This document shows, in pieces, positions 39,859 through 51,526 of a stretch of DNA of 59,792 bases. Position 1 is the first letter of the stretch; each line of letters starts with the position of its first letter. The translations under genes were made by a program, and so were the position numbers. This DNA comes from Parasitella parasitica NRRL 2501 (lineage: Eukaryota > Fungi > Mucoromycota). Under the pieces are notes generated by a model. That model was not told the DNA's origin. It did not search any database and was given only the letters and a program-made list of their open reading frames with translations. The stretch is from positions 452,644-512,435 of the forward strand of contig MU619238.1 of the NCBI GenBank assembly GCA_025201805.1, given 5' to 3'.

Positions 39859-42800
39859 GCAGCAACCCCTCTCTACATCGATGAAAGAGACAATAGTCAT
39901 TGATGATGATGAGGTTGTAGATAAAGAACAGGCCAATCAAAATATTTGTATAGGCATGATCATTACAGACATTGTTGTGGAAAAACCACCTCTTATTTTA
40001 CCAAAAGATGACAATTATGAGATTGTTAGCTTGGAATCAGAAGGGAAATTAAACACGGAAAACTACTGTAAGATAAACCTCTGTAAGCAGGCCTTGCTTT
40101 CTTTTATTTTTACTGACAAAACAATATAGCTTTCAAAGTTACCTCCCGTAGTGTTCCATCCAAATTCGTAAGTGGCGTTTGGAGTAGTGTTTGCAGTTCA
40201 TTAATTTGTATTTGTAGTATGGCTGGGTTCCTTTCATAGATACAAAAGTACTGGGGCCATTGGTAGATCATCGCTTGATTTGGTGGGACGCTATCATTCC
40301 ACGTGGAAAAGCCAACAATGCGCGCACACCACTTTACATCATCCTCTATTGTCGACCTGATTTGTACGGCACCATCAGCAAATACTTTGAATCGCAGAAA
40401 ATGTACTTGAAGACACCGCCTTTTTACAACCCGGCCTGCAGATACAGCAACCCTCATGCACATTTGCTCGAGGCCCAACAACAGTATCTGCAACAACAGC
40501 AATCATTCGTCAACACTGCTACTGCGTTTAATTACAACGGTTACACTGGTTATCGCGGATACAACCCGAGTAGGCCATCGGAGCAGGAATTGACGCGGCA
40601 AAGCCAGAAAGACATTGAGTCGCTGTTGAGCAGTATACCCAGCGACGTGCCTATTGTAAACAGACTAAAGCGAAAGAAAAAGAATATTAAAAAAAAGATG
40701 TATCGAAAAAATCGAGCCAACATTGACAGTGATAATGAGGTGTTTCAAAAACCGCTTGTTTCGATCATATCTGATAGTTCAGAAGAAGAGAAGGAGGAGG
40801 AGGAAGGCGATGATGATGATGATGGCTATGTGATCGAAGGTCTTTCTATCAATTTGATGGATCATCAGATCAAGGGTGTTAGCTGGATGATTGATAGAGA
40901 AAAGAACAAAAGCAGCAATGGCGGCATTCTTGCAGACGATATGGGATTGGGCAAAACCATTCAAACGATTGGGCTGATTCTGTCGAGTATGGGCATCGAT
41001 GACAATGAACAAAAGGAACAAGAAGAGGAAGAAACACAGGAAAGGGAAGACGCCCGCGACAAACAAGAGCATCAAATGACACTGATTGTTACACCACTGG
41101 CTTTGATTCATCAATGGGTGGATGAAATAAAGAACAAGACAGAGTATGGCAAAGTACGGGTACTGAAACACCATGGACCAAATAGAACTAAAAACCCTGA
41201 AATATTCAAGAGATACGACGTTGTAGTTACCACATACCAAGTTGTCTCTTCTGATTCCCCCGGTGACAAGAAAAAGAAACCCTCTCGTAAGAAAAACGCA
41301 ACATTAGATGACTTTATTGTACAAGACGACGACGACAATGATTCTGATTATCACGGCATGAACATCCCGTCTAGATGGCAACCGTTAAAGAAAGGATATG
41401 GCCCGTTGTTTCAAGTGAAATGGCATCGCGTCGTCCTGGATGAAGCTCAGCAAATTAAGAATAGGCAGACAAAATCTTCGACTTCTTGCTCTGAGCTCGA
41501 TTCTATCAAGCGTTGGTGCTTGACTGGCACACCTATTCAAAACAATGTTGATGAGCTCTACAGTTTACTCAGATTTCTCAAGATCCAGCCCCTCTCTGAT
41601 TACCCAACATTCAAGAAAAACATCTCTATACCCATTCAGAATGGCCAGGGCAGTATTGCGATGGAAAGACTCAAAGCTGTCCTCAGAGCCGTCATGCTGC
41701 GAAGAACTAAAGACGTCTTACAAAGCAATCAAACAAGTCCAGTCTCTTCCAATGCATCATCCCCAAAACCTATTGCAAATAACAACCCCGAAGAATACGA
41801 ACCATTATCAAAGAAACTATCACTGCAATTGCCCACCAGAGAAAAACAAGACATCATGTTACAGTTCAGTGATCACGAGAAATCTTTATATGAGCTGCTA
41901 AGAACGAGAACCCGGGCAAGCATTCAAGCCATGGGCGGTCAGAGCGGTGGATATATGAACATGCTGTGCCTATTGCTACGTTTGAGACAAGGTAAATAGA
42001 ACAACAAGATCTACAGAGGCACAGAGAACACTGACATCCAACTCAATTTTAAGCGTGTGATCACCCTCAGCTGATTTTAAACGCAATTGATAGCGATAAA
42101 GATGTACTGGATATTGTAACAGATGCAAGCAATAGTAAAGAATCATCATTTGATAGTCATAAAAGCTCTTGTGAATTATGCGGAAAGTAAGTACCTTTTC
42201 TACATGGAAGCTTCTTTTTAATAAAATAAATAATTTCCCCACAGATTCAACACACTTTCATCAGAAGATCACTCATCACCGTTTTGTCAGGATTGCAAAA
42301 CAACTGTCATGTCAGCTGCGCCAAACGGCCTGTTCAAAACAAGCACCAAGATTCGAAAGATGATTGACATTTTACAGCAAACTCGAGACAACAATCCGGG
42401 CGAAAAGACCATTATATTTAGCCAGTTCACGTCCATGTTGAACCTTATGGAGCAGCCCCTCAAAAAACATGGGTTCAAGTTCTGTCGATACGATGGAACA
42501 ATGTCAAGCATGTTAAGAGAGAAATCACTAGAAAGGCTTAAATATGATAGGTATTGCACGGTCATGCTCATATCACTCAAATGCGGTTCATTGGGCCTAA
42601 ATCTAACATCAGCAAACCGTGTGATATTGATGGACATCTGGTGGAATCCTGCATTAGAAGAACAGGCTATTGACAGAGTGCATCGTATTGGACAAAGATT
42701 ACCCGTTCATGTTACTCGATTATTAATTGACAATTCCGTTGAACTAAAGATCATGGCACTGCAAGAAAAGAAGGTAACTACAGATTTGTTTGTATCGTCT

Positions 42801-42928
42801 GTGATCAGTTGTAATATTTGCTTATTTGTTTATTATAGGCGCTATTGACAAAAGGTGCATTAGACCATGGTTTAGTCAAGAATACTAAATTGACAGCAAG
42901 TGAAATCCGATCATTATTTGATCTCTAG
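38954..42928 (+). CDS. SNF2-family Rad5/Rad16/Uls1-like DNA-dependent ATPase, multi-exon
   Basis: GGILADDMGLGKT, VVLDEAQ, WCLTGTPIQN, IFSQF, SLKCGSLGLNL and WWNPALEEQAIDRVHRIGQ; Cys pairs CELC and CQDC between the ATPase lobes. Confidence 0.93.
39816..39866 (+). repeat. (CAA)n microsatellite encoding polyQ (about 17 Q)
   Basis: CAG(CAA)n CAG CAG CAA in the N-terminal exon of the SNF2 gene. Confidence 0.9.
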
Positions 42929-43670
42929 ATTTTTTTTTCTTTCTTTTTTTGATGCTAACAATAACCATGGTAACGACCGAAACGACGATCCCAAATTAAC
43001 AAATGAATCCACGATCTTTCCTAATATTCCATGCTTAAAAAGGTCTGCTGTCTGTAAATGTTTTCTGAATAGAATATATCTTGTTACACGAACAGAGCAT
43101 GATATCAGAAATAAAACAGGCAAAGAGATAGTGAGCTCCAGAGAGATTAAAGAAAGCTTGAAAAATTGAGGGGGTTTAACCCTTTTTGTGCACTTTATTA
43201 TTGTATATTCCATCATCAAAAGAGAACATTCCTATCGAATAACACGTTGAATGTGATGTGACCATGATTCTATTGTTTCCAAATATATCTTGTCATTCCA
43301 CTTGCATAATTGCTTAGCATCCCCCAAATATATACGCCAAGTGTGTAAACGATTGATAATAAGAGGCATCGTGGGCGGCTGCTCAAAAATTGCTACTGCT
43401 CGTTAAAAAGGCAGTTGTTTCTTTATTTGTAAAAATTCTATGGATTCTTTACAAGTCTATTTTGTCAAGTTTCATCATATGCTGCTTGTATTTTTTTTGT
43501 GTTAGTTGTATCCTCTTTTTGCTTTCACCGGATATTGAAAACAAAATAGAATCAATTCCTGGAATTCGTTGCAAAGTTGAAATAGATCTGCAAATGAACA
43601 GTATTTAAGAGATTCACTTTTCGTATTAAATTTCCTTTTTTTTTTTTTTTTTTTCACAACAATATACAAA

Positions 43671-46600
43671 ATGTCCACTGCTACAAAAATAAATGATGAT
43701 GACTCTATAATTGTCAAGAATGACTCAATACAAGTTGACATGAGAGAGAGTTTGACTACACCACATTCAGATTCAACAAATCCTTTTGCCTTTACGCCAG
43801 ATCAATTATCTGCATTACAAGATCCAAAAAATATAGAATTACTGCACATTTACGGTGGTTTAGATGGCGTAGCAAGAGGTTTGCATGCAGATGTACATCA
43901 TGGCTTGATACCAAACACAACGGCAGACAAGCACATCACATTAAATGATATCACACTAGACGCTTGCAAGTTGACAACTGCTACATCTGCCACAGACCTC
44001 CCCGATGACCAACAACAAGCACAAGGGAAGGAACCCAAACTCAAGAAATCAGCTACGTCTCACTCAATTATACCAAGCGAATTTGCTCAAAGGTATTCGG
44101 TTTTTGGCAAAAACGCACTACCTGCAGTAAAGGGAAAAAGCATTTTTCAATTAATGTGGATGGCGTTCAATGATAAAACCTTGATTCTTCTGGCTGTTGC
44201 TGCTGTTGTATCATTAGGTGTTGGCTTGTACGAAGATATCGCTGTGCCGGAGTACGATGCTAATGGGGACAAGATTGCTGGTGTAAAGTGGGTAGAGGGT
44301 GTTGCTATCATTGTTGCCATCTTGATTGTTGTTTTGGTGGGAAGCATCAATGACTTTCAAAAAGAGAAGCAGTTTCGCAAGTTGAACGCAAAGAAAGACG
44401 ATCGGGTAGTAAAGGTTTGTGTTCATGTTAGAGGGATCGCTGAGGGGGAGGGGGGATTTTCTTGTGATTTACTAACCATTCTGCGTCTACAGGCTACCCG
44501 CGATGGCCAAACAGTCCAGATCTCAGTCTACGATATCCAAGTCGGCGATGTTCTTTTTTTAGAGCCTGGTGATATCGTCGCTGCTGATGGCATCTTTATT
44601 GAAGGACATAATGTTCGCTGTGATGAATCAGCTGCTACTGGCGAATCTGATGCTGTGCGTAAGCAAATATTTCAAGCCTGCTGGAAGTTGCACATCGAAG
44701 ACCAACAAGAGCAAAAATCAACCTCATCTCCTGGATCTGATCTTCTTGCTGTGCCCAATAATGCTCAGCCTGGATCCTCCATTTCATCCAAGACGATTCA
44801 CCAACAGCACCACAAATCTCTACCCGATCCATTTATCATTTCTGGTTCCAAAGTTTTGGAAGGTGTTTGCACGTATCTCGTTACTGGTGTCGGCGTGAAT
44901 TCCTACTATGGCCGTACTATGATGGCTCTTCGTACAGACAATGAAACTACCCCTTTGCAGGAGAAATTAAACGGTTTAGCCGCTATGATTGCTAAACTGG
45001 GCTCTGCTGCTGGTCTGCTTATGTTGATTGTCTTGTTTATTCGTTATTTTGTCAATTGGAAATACGATGGTATCCCAACTGTTCCTACTGAAATCGTTCA
45101 ACAAGTGATGGGTATCTTGATTGTCGTTGTTACTATCGTTGTTGTTGCTGTGCCTGAAGGTTTGCCACTCGCTGTAACTCTTGGTAAGTTTTCATATCGT
45201 CGTAAAATCAGCTGATAAATTAACCACAATTGTGCGCAGCTCTGGCTTATGCTACTCAACGCATGCTTAAAGATAACAACTTGGTCCGTGTCCTGGCTGC
45301 TTGTGAGACCATGGGAAATGCTACCACTGTTTGCTCTGATAAGACTGGCACATTGACCCAAAACAAAATGACCATTGTTGCCGGCACATTGGGTTCATCC
45401 TTCCGATTTATACAAGACCCTCCTGCTAATCGAGTAGATCTAAGCGATATTGCTACTATTGCTGAAAAAGTGCCTGCTCCAATTATTCGTTTGATCAGTC
45501 AAGGTGTCTCTGTTAATTCCACTGCTTTTGAATCCACAGCTGAAAACGGCGAAAAGCAATTTGTTGGAAACAAGACTGAAACTGCCCTGCTACAGTTTGC
45601 CAGGAATATTGGATCAGAAAACTTTGAGACCTTACGAACGGCCTGGCCTGTCGAGCAAGTACTCCCCTTCAGCAGCGAGCGAAAAGCCATGGCTACCATC
45701 ATCCGTATTCCTCATCCAACCAAACAAGGCGAGTTTATTTGGCGTGCGCATGTCAAAGGTGCCTCTGAAATCTTGGTCGATAACTGTAATCAAATCTTGA
45801 CGCTGAATGCTGCCAAATACAAAAATCCTCAGCATGATTATGATGTCAAGGCCCGGCCCTTGACAGGCGAGGACCGTAACCGTATGGGCCGTATCATCCA
45901 AAGCTATGCTACCCGTAGTCTTCGTACCATTGGTATCGGGTATCGCGATTTTGAATCGTGGCCACCTGCTCACGGCCATGCCAGCAAAGTGGGCGCTGAA
46001 GTAGAAGTTCCTTATGAAGACATCATTCAGGATCAAGGTTTAACTCTAATTGGTATAGTTGGTATCGAAGATCCACTTCGTCCTGGTGTCAAGGAAGCTG
46101 TCAAGGCTTGTCAGCGTGCTGGTGTCTTTATCCGCATGGTCACTGGCGATAATGTGGTTACTGCCAAATCAATTGCAAAGCAATGTGGTATCTACACTCC
46201 TGGTGGTATTGTTATGGAAGGGCCTGTGTTCCGCAATATGTCTCCTAGCGAAATGGATGCCATCTTACCTCGTTTGCAAGTCTTGGCTAGATCTAGCCCT
46301 GAAGATAAGCAGATTTTGGTGGGTCGTTTGCGTGAATTGGGTGATATTGTTGCTGTAACTGGCGATGGCACCAACGATGGCCCTGCTCTAAAGCTGGCTG
46401 ATGTCGGTTTCTCGATGGGTATTGCCGGCACTGAAGTTGCCAAAGAAGCCTCTAGCATCATTTTGATGGATGACAACTTTTCTAGCATCGTAAAAGCCAT
46501 CATGTGGGGCCGTTGTGTTAACGATTCCGTTAAAAAGTTCCTCGAATTCCAGATCACTGTCAATATCACTGCCGTCATCTTGACTTTCATTTCTGCTGTT

Positions 46601-47482
46601 GTCAGCCATGAGCAAAAGTCTGTCTTGACAGCCGTGCAGCTGCTATGGGTCAATTTGATTATGGATACATTTGCTGCCCTTGCCTTGGCTACGGATCCCC
46701 CTACCGAAGAATTGCTAGAACGCGGTCCCGAATCTCGCTCTTCTCCCTTGATTACTTTCAAGATGTGGAAAATGATTATAGGTCAAGCAATCTTCCAAAT
46801 CGTGGTTACCGTGGTTTTGCTATACAGCGATATCCTTCATTACCAGCCTGACGACCCCATCTTACAAACCATCGTCTTCAATACCTTTGTTTTCTGTCAA
46901 ATCTTTAACGAAATCAATTGCCGTCGTATTGATTCAAAATTGAATGTATTTCACAACATCTTTGCCAACAAGTTCTTTTTGGGCATTTTCTTTTTATGCA
47001 TTGCTCTCCAAGCTATCATTGTTAACTTTGGCGGAACGGCTTTCCAGGTAACTCGAGTGGATGGTGTTGCATGGGCTATTTCTATATGCGTCGGTCTTTT
47101 ATCTTTACCTATTGGTGTTCTCGTTCGTTTAATCCCTGATGAATTCTTTGCATTTGTGTTTGTCTTTAACCCTGCTGCTCGTCAAAGATACTTGGGTGGC
47201 ACTAATGACAGTGCATCTCCTAGTGTTTATGTTGCTGGCAATGAGCGAATTGCGTGGAACAACAACGATGGCAGTGACACTTATAACAGCCCATCCTTAT
47301 CCAACACAGGCAAATCAAAACAAGGAAAGCAAGAAGTCGATCAAATCGAAGACGTTGCTCCTGCTTATACTCCACCTATAAATGAGAAGGTCACCAACGG
47401 CTCCCAGGAATCGTTTGAAGATCAAAATCAAGACACTGTTCTATCCTCAGGCTCTTTAGATTTATCTCAACGAAACAATTAG
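43671..47482 (+). CDS. PMC1: P2B (PMCA/Pmc1-type) Ca2+-transporting ATPase, 3 exons
   Basis: TGES, PEGLPLAVT, phosphorylation motif DKTGT, KGASE, MVTGD, GDGTNDGPAL and QLLWVNLIMDT. Confidence 0.96.
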
Positions 47483-47540
47483 AGCATCTCCAACGAAGAT
47501 GCTAAACAAAAAGCCATTTAAAGCACAACCCGGAAATGTT

Positions 47541-48510
47541 NNNNNNNNNNNNNNNNNNNNNNNNNNNNNNNNNNNNNNNNNNNNNNNNNNNNNNNNNNNN
47601 NNNNNNNNNNNNNNNNNNNNNNNNNNNNNNNNNNNNNNNNNNNNNNNNNNNNNNNNNNNNNNNNNNNNNNNNNNNNNNNNNNNNNNNNNNNNNNNNNNNN
47701 NNNNNNNNNNNNNNNNNNNNNNNNNNNNNNNNNNNNNNNNNNNNNNNNNNNNNNNNNNNNNNNNNNNNNNNNNNNNNNNNNNNNNNNNNNNNNNNNNNNN
47801 NNNNNNNNNNNNNNNNNNNNNNNNNNNNNNNNNNNNNNNNNNNNNNNNNNNNNNNNNNNNNNNNNNNNNNNNNNNNNNNNNNNNNNNNNNNNNNNNNNNN
47901 NNNNNNNNNNNNNNNNNNNNNNNNNNNNNNNNNNNNNNNNNNNNNNNNNNNNNNNNNNNNNNNNNNNNNNNNNNNNNNNNNNNNNNNNNNNNNNNNNNNN
48001 NNNNNNNNNNNNNNNNNNNNNNNNNNNNNNNNNNNNNNNNNNNNNNNNNNNNNNNNNNNNNNNNNNNNNNNNNNNNNNNNNNNNNNNNNNNNNNNNNNNN
48101 NNNNNNNNNNNNNNNNNNNNNNNNNNNNNNNNNNNNNNNNNNNNNNNNNNNNNNNNNNNNNNNNNNNNNNNNNNNNNNNNNNNNNNNNNNNNNNNNNNNN
48201 NNNNNNNNNNNNNNNNNNNNNNNNNNNNNNNNNNNNNNNNNNNNNNNNNNNNNNNNNNNNNNNNNNNNNNNNNNNNNNNNNNNNNNNNNNNNNNNNNNNN
48301 NNNNNNNNNNNNNNNNNNNNNNNNNNNNNNNNNNNNNNNNNNNNNNNNNNNNNNNNNNNNNNNNNNNNNNNNNNNNNNNNNNNNNNNNNNNNNNNNNNNN
48401 NNNNNNNNNNNNNNNNNNNNNNNNNNNNNNNNNNNNNNNNNNNNNNNNNNNNNNNNNNNNNNNNNNNNNNNNNNNNNNNNNNNNNNNNNNNNNNNNNNNN
48501 NNNNNNNNNN
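47541..48510. other. Assembly gap (970 N); smaller gaps at 2443-2458 and 17656-17665
   Basis: N runs in the sequence. Confidence 1.
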
Positions 48511-49303
48511 AAAACCACATGCACAAATACAACATTCATGAAATCAATTGACAACTTGGTGGAGTACGCTACCAAAATTACCAATATAGGCTCATTGTTT
48601 GCAAACTTTATCATTCTGAAATGTGCAGATGCCAATGAAGATACGCCAATCATTAGTCAAGATTTTGTTTATGCTATATTTTCTACCTTAGCAGGTAATG
48701 GGAGTAGGGCTCCTGAGTTCATCCGTCAATATTTTGAAGAGTTCAAAAATGCGTGCGAGATTGACGAGCAAATTTTAAAATCATTGAAGTCTATTGGTTA
48801 TGCGACTATTCTTTCCATTTCTGCCAAGCAGTATGAAACCCTTATCCGAAATCATGTTTGTGAAGACAGCAACGAGAAACAACAATTCTTACTCCCACCC
48901 TCCACCACTGGATGGATCAGTTAAGGCAAATAAAACCATCATTGCCTATAGAGATGGAAGATTTTCACCTACCATGAGAAGCAAAAGATCTGGACCTACA
49001 AAGACTATCATAAAAGCTCTTCAAAAATGTAAAGAAAATCGTGGTGTTACAGCCCAAATGGTAGACGAATACCTCACCAGTCAAGTCTGCAACAACTGCA
49101 AAAAGAGAAATGTTGAATACGTTGTGCAACGATCAGCAAAGCGAAGAGTACATTCTGTATTACGGTGTCAAGAAACCGCTTGTAATATTTTTTGGAATCG
49201 CGATATAATGGCTGCAAAAAACATCCTCAACATATTTTTATATGCAGCAAGAAACAATGACGCTCGTCTTTCACCATTCCAGCGTTCTGAATCAAAAGAA
49301 TAA
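48511..49303 (+). pseudogene. Fanzor1 (TnpB-like RuvC nuclease), internally deleted and frameshifted
   Basis: The C-terminal frame has IIAY(R)DGRF, SGPTK, VDEYLTSQVCNNC and RCQETAC-IFWNRDIMAAKNI. The preceding frame has a helical N-terminal region (GSLFANFIIL...PIISQDF...YETLIRNH). RuvC-I and the WED region are missing at the junction near 48865. Confidence 0.85.
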
Positions 49304-49480
49304 TTGCAAGCATTGTGTGTCATTGATATTACTCTTTGATACGCCATAGGTATTCGGTTTATCCTATACACCATTAAAGGTGAGTAAAATTGTCCAAAAA
49401 AAAAAGAAAGTATCACCCTCTCACCAATTTTCTTTTAAAATTAGCTCCTCCGTTGGAGATGCTTTACCCTTGCTTAATGT
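49304..49480 (+). ncRNA. Putative Fanzor omegaRNA scaffold plus flank-derived guide
   Basis: Located between the Fanzor stop and the right end. Nested stems 49329-49340 / 49373-49387 and ATAGG 49346-49350 / CCTAT 49363-49367. Boundaries are inferred. Confidence 0.5.
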
Positions 49481-50068
49481 AAATAATGCCAACTTTTTTC
49501 TATTAAAAAATATATCATAAGACACAATGAAAAGCCATATTGATTAGATGCTTAACAAAGCATAATGTGCCCTTGCTCATTATGGTTCTTTTTGTACATT
49601 AGTTTCATTGTGACAAAATGCCGCCATTTGTCGTTTATAACAATGCATACAAGCATAACGTATCCCATTGAGATTCCCCAAGAGAGCCACAACTAGTGTC
49701 CATAACTAGATAATGGCGCCATCGTACTGTTTAGGTTCTTTTTTTGTACCGTAAAACATCATAGTACTGCAGGTATCAATCGCAATGTGGAACAGAGGAA
49801 GGTTAGCTTGTTTACATTTAAGATTAAAAAAGACATTTACTTCAAAATGGAGCTTTCGCCAAAGACTTTCGATTGAAGCAAAAGTCAAAAATTAATTGAT
49901 TTCCACAAAAAAGACTACAAGAAAATGAGTCCATTAACCTCATTCTCTTGAGGGTGTGATGATGGCATGTGCTCTTTGTTGCATATGCTAATGACTACTG
50001 GTCCTATATAAAAAGCTGCTCTTTACCGCTATAGTTTTATAGAATAAATTTATTACAATATACAAAAT

Positions 50069-51526
50069 ATGGATAGTCTTCCATCTGAACTTCTGCTTAA
50101 AATTTTCTCTTATTTGACATTTACTGAGAAACTGAACTGTGCAAGTACTCACAAAGCATGGAAATCCTTGATCCTAAGAGATTGTCTTTATGAAGACTTT
50201 AAAATCGACGGTAGGCTTGAACGTTTGAACAACCATTTCAAAGTGTATGAGACTCAGCAAAGACAGGTGCGTCGTCTGAAGTCAACGTCTATTGAAGCTA
50301 TTGACGTGTTGGCTATACCAGCACAGTTTCCCAATCTCGCAGAATTTAGCTGGGGTATGGCCGAAAGTTATAATGAAGCTTATGATGATGAAGCTGATGA
50401 TGGTGAAGCTGATAAATATGAAGGAGTTGTCAATGAGCAAAATGCGCAGCACTGGAGAAATATCACTAGATTTCAAGAGCATGATCACTGTCCTCTGTCC
50501 GCAGCATTGTTAAAAAATGGTGGACTGTGTAACTTGATTGAGTTGGATATCACATTTTTACGTAGTCGTGAGCAACAGATAATGGACCTGAACTTGTGCA
50601 AGCCAATAATCCAGCAACTTTCGAAAGCTCCTAATCTGAAGATACTCAAATTCAAGAACAGTCCAATGACATTGATTGATTTGAATCAACTACATCTCAA
50701 CGCACAGCAATTAGAGATACTTTGTTTAAATAATATCTCCTTTTGCACTAATGAACATGTTGCCACAACAAAGACTGATGGATTGACGGAGCTTCATATT
50801 TCTAACTATATTCGCAACGACAAGTTTCTGGCGCATGTAGCTGGGAAGTATCCAGATTTGAAAACATTGAAAATCCATGGCAAGAAGAATGATGATGAAA
50901 TTTACGATGAGCAAAATGGTGAAGATTCATTGGTTAAATTTGCTTATAGCCCTCATCTTGAGACTTATGATGTCGACATACACCCAATTACACCGAAAAT
51001 TATGAGAGCACTGGATGCAAACGGAACCAAATTAAAAACGATTAGGATAAAAATGCCTTTTGAAAATCCTCAAGCTCATATGAAGGATTTATTTTCATCC
51101 AACCAAAAAGACTCTGTGGAAACATTGAAGATAGACTTTACATGTGGACCTGATGTTAAAGAAATCAACGTAGTGGAATTTCTCAAATACTTGGAAGATT
51201 TCTCAAGACTCAAGGCTTTAGAAATGGATGGCGTGCACGATGTAAATCAACCCAACCTTAGCTTCCCTTTTTATAAATGTTTGAAGAAGCTCCCACATTT
51301 GGAAACAATCAAGCTGCAATTCTTGACAATAGAGCATGAGCCTTCAGTCTCTCTAATGAAATTTGTGGCGGGTCAAAAGGTCAAGTCAAAGTTGAAAAAA
51401 CTGATTTTGAATGACTGTGGTTACAAAAGCAAAGAAAAACTCTTATCGTTCCTCTCAGAAACATGCCCTAAACTATTCATGCAAAATATAATAATCAATC
51501 GTTATGGCGGAATCTGGCTAGATTGA
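50069..51526 (+). CDS. F-box/LRR (RNI-like) protein, intronless; paralog of 25863..27494
   Basis: MDSLPSELLLKIFSYLTFTEKLNCASTHKAW F-box followed by LRR-like repeats; TATATAAAA near 50005. Confidence 0.85.
   Translation: MDSLPSELLLKIFSYLTFTEKLNCASTHKAWKSLILRDCLYEDFKIDGRLERLNNHFKVYETQQRQVRRLKSTSIEAIDVLAIPAQFPNLAEFSWGMAESYNEAYDDEADDGEADKYEGVVNEQNAQHWRNITRFQEHDHCPLSAALLKNGGLCNLIELDITFLRSREQQIMDLNLCKPIIQQLSKAPNLKILKFKNSPMTLIDLNQLHLNAQQLEILCLNNISFCTNEHVATTKTDGLTELHISNYIRNDKFLAHVAGKYPDLKTLKIHGKKNDDEIYDEQNGEDSLVKFAYSPHLETYDVDIHPITPKIMRALDANGTKLKTIRIKMPFENPQAHMKDLFSSNQKDSVETLKIDFTCGPDVKEINVVEFLKYLEDFSRLKALEMDGVHDVNQPNLSFPFYKCLKKLPHLETIKLQFLTIEHEPSVSLMKFVAGQKVKSKLKKLILNDCGYKSKEKLLSFLSETCPKLFMQNIIINRYGGIWLD

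Larger units (their letters stand above)
47482..49463 (+). mobile_element. PIF/Harbinger-like TIR element carrying a Fanzor gene, with TTA target-site duplication
   Basis: Left end (G)AGCATCTCCAACGAAGATGCTAA and right end TTAGCTCCTCCGTTGGAGATGCT match as inverted repeats at 20/23, the outer 13 perfectly. TTA occurs at 47479-47481 and 49464-49466. Confidence 0.82.

Noticed and set aside
47462-48653. Long ORFs of 350-460 aa in the ORF track
   Set aside because: Artefacts of translating the N gap.
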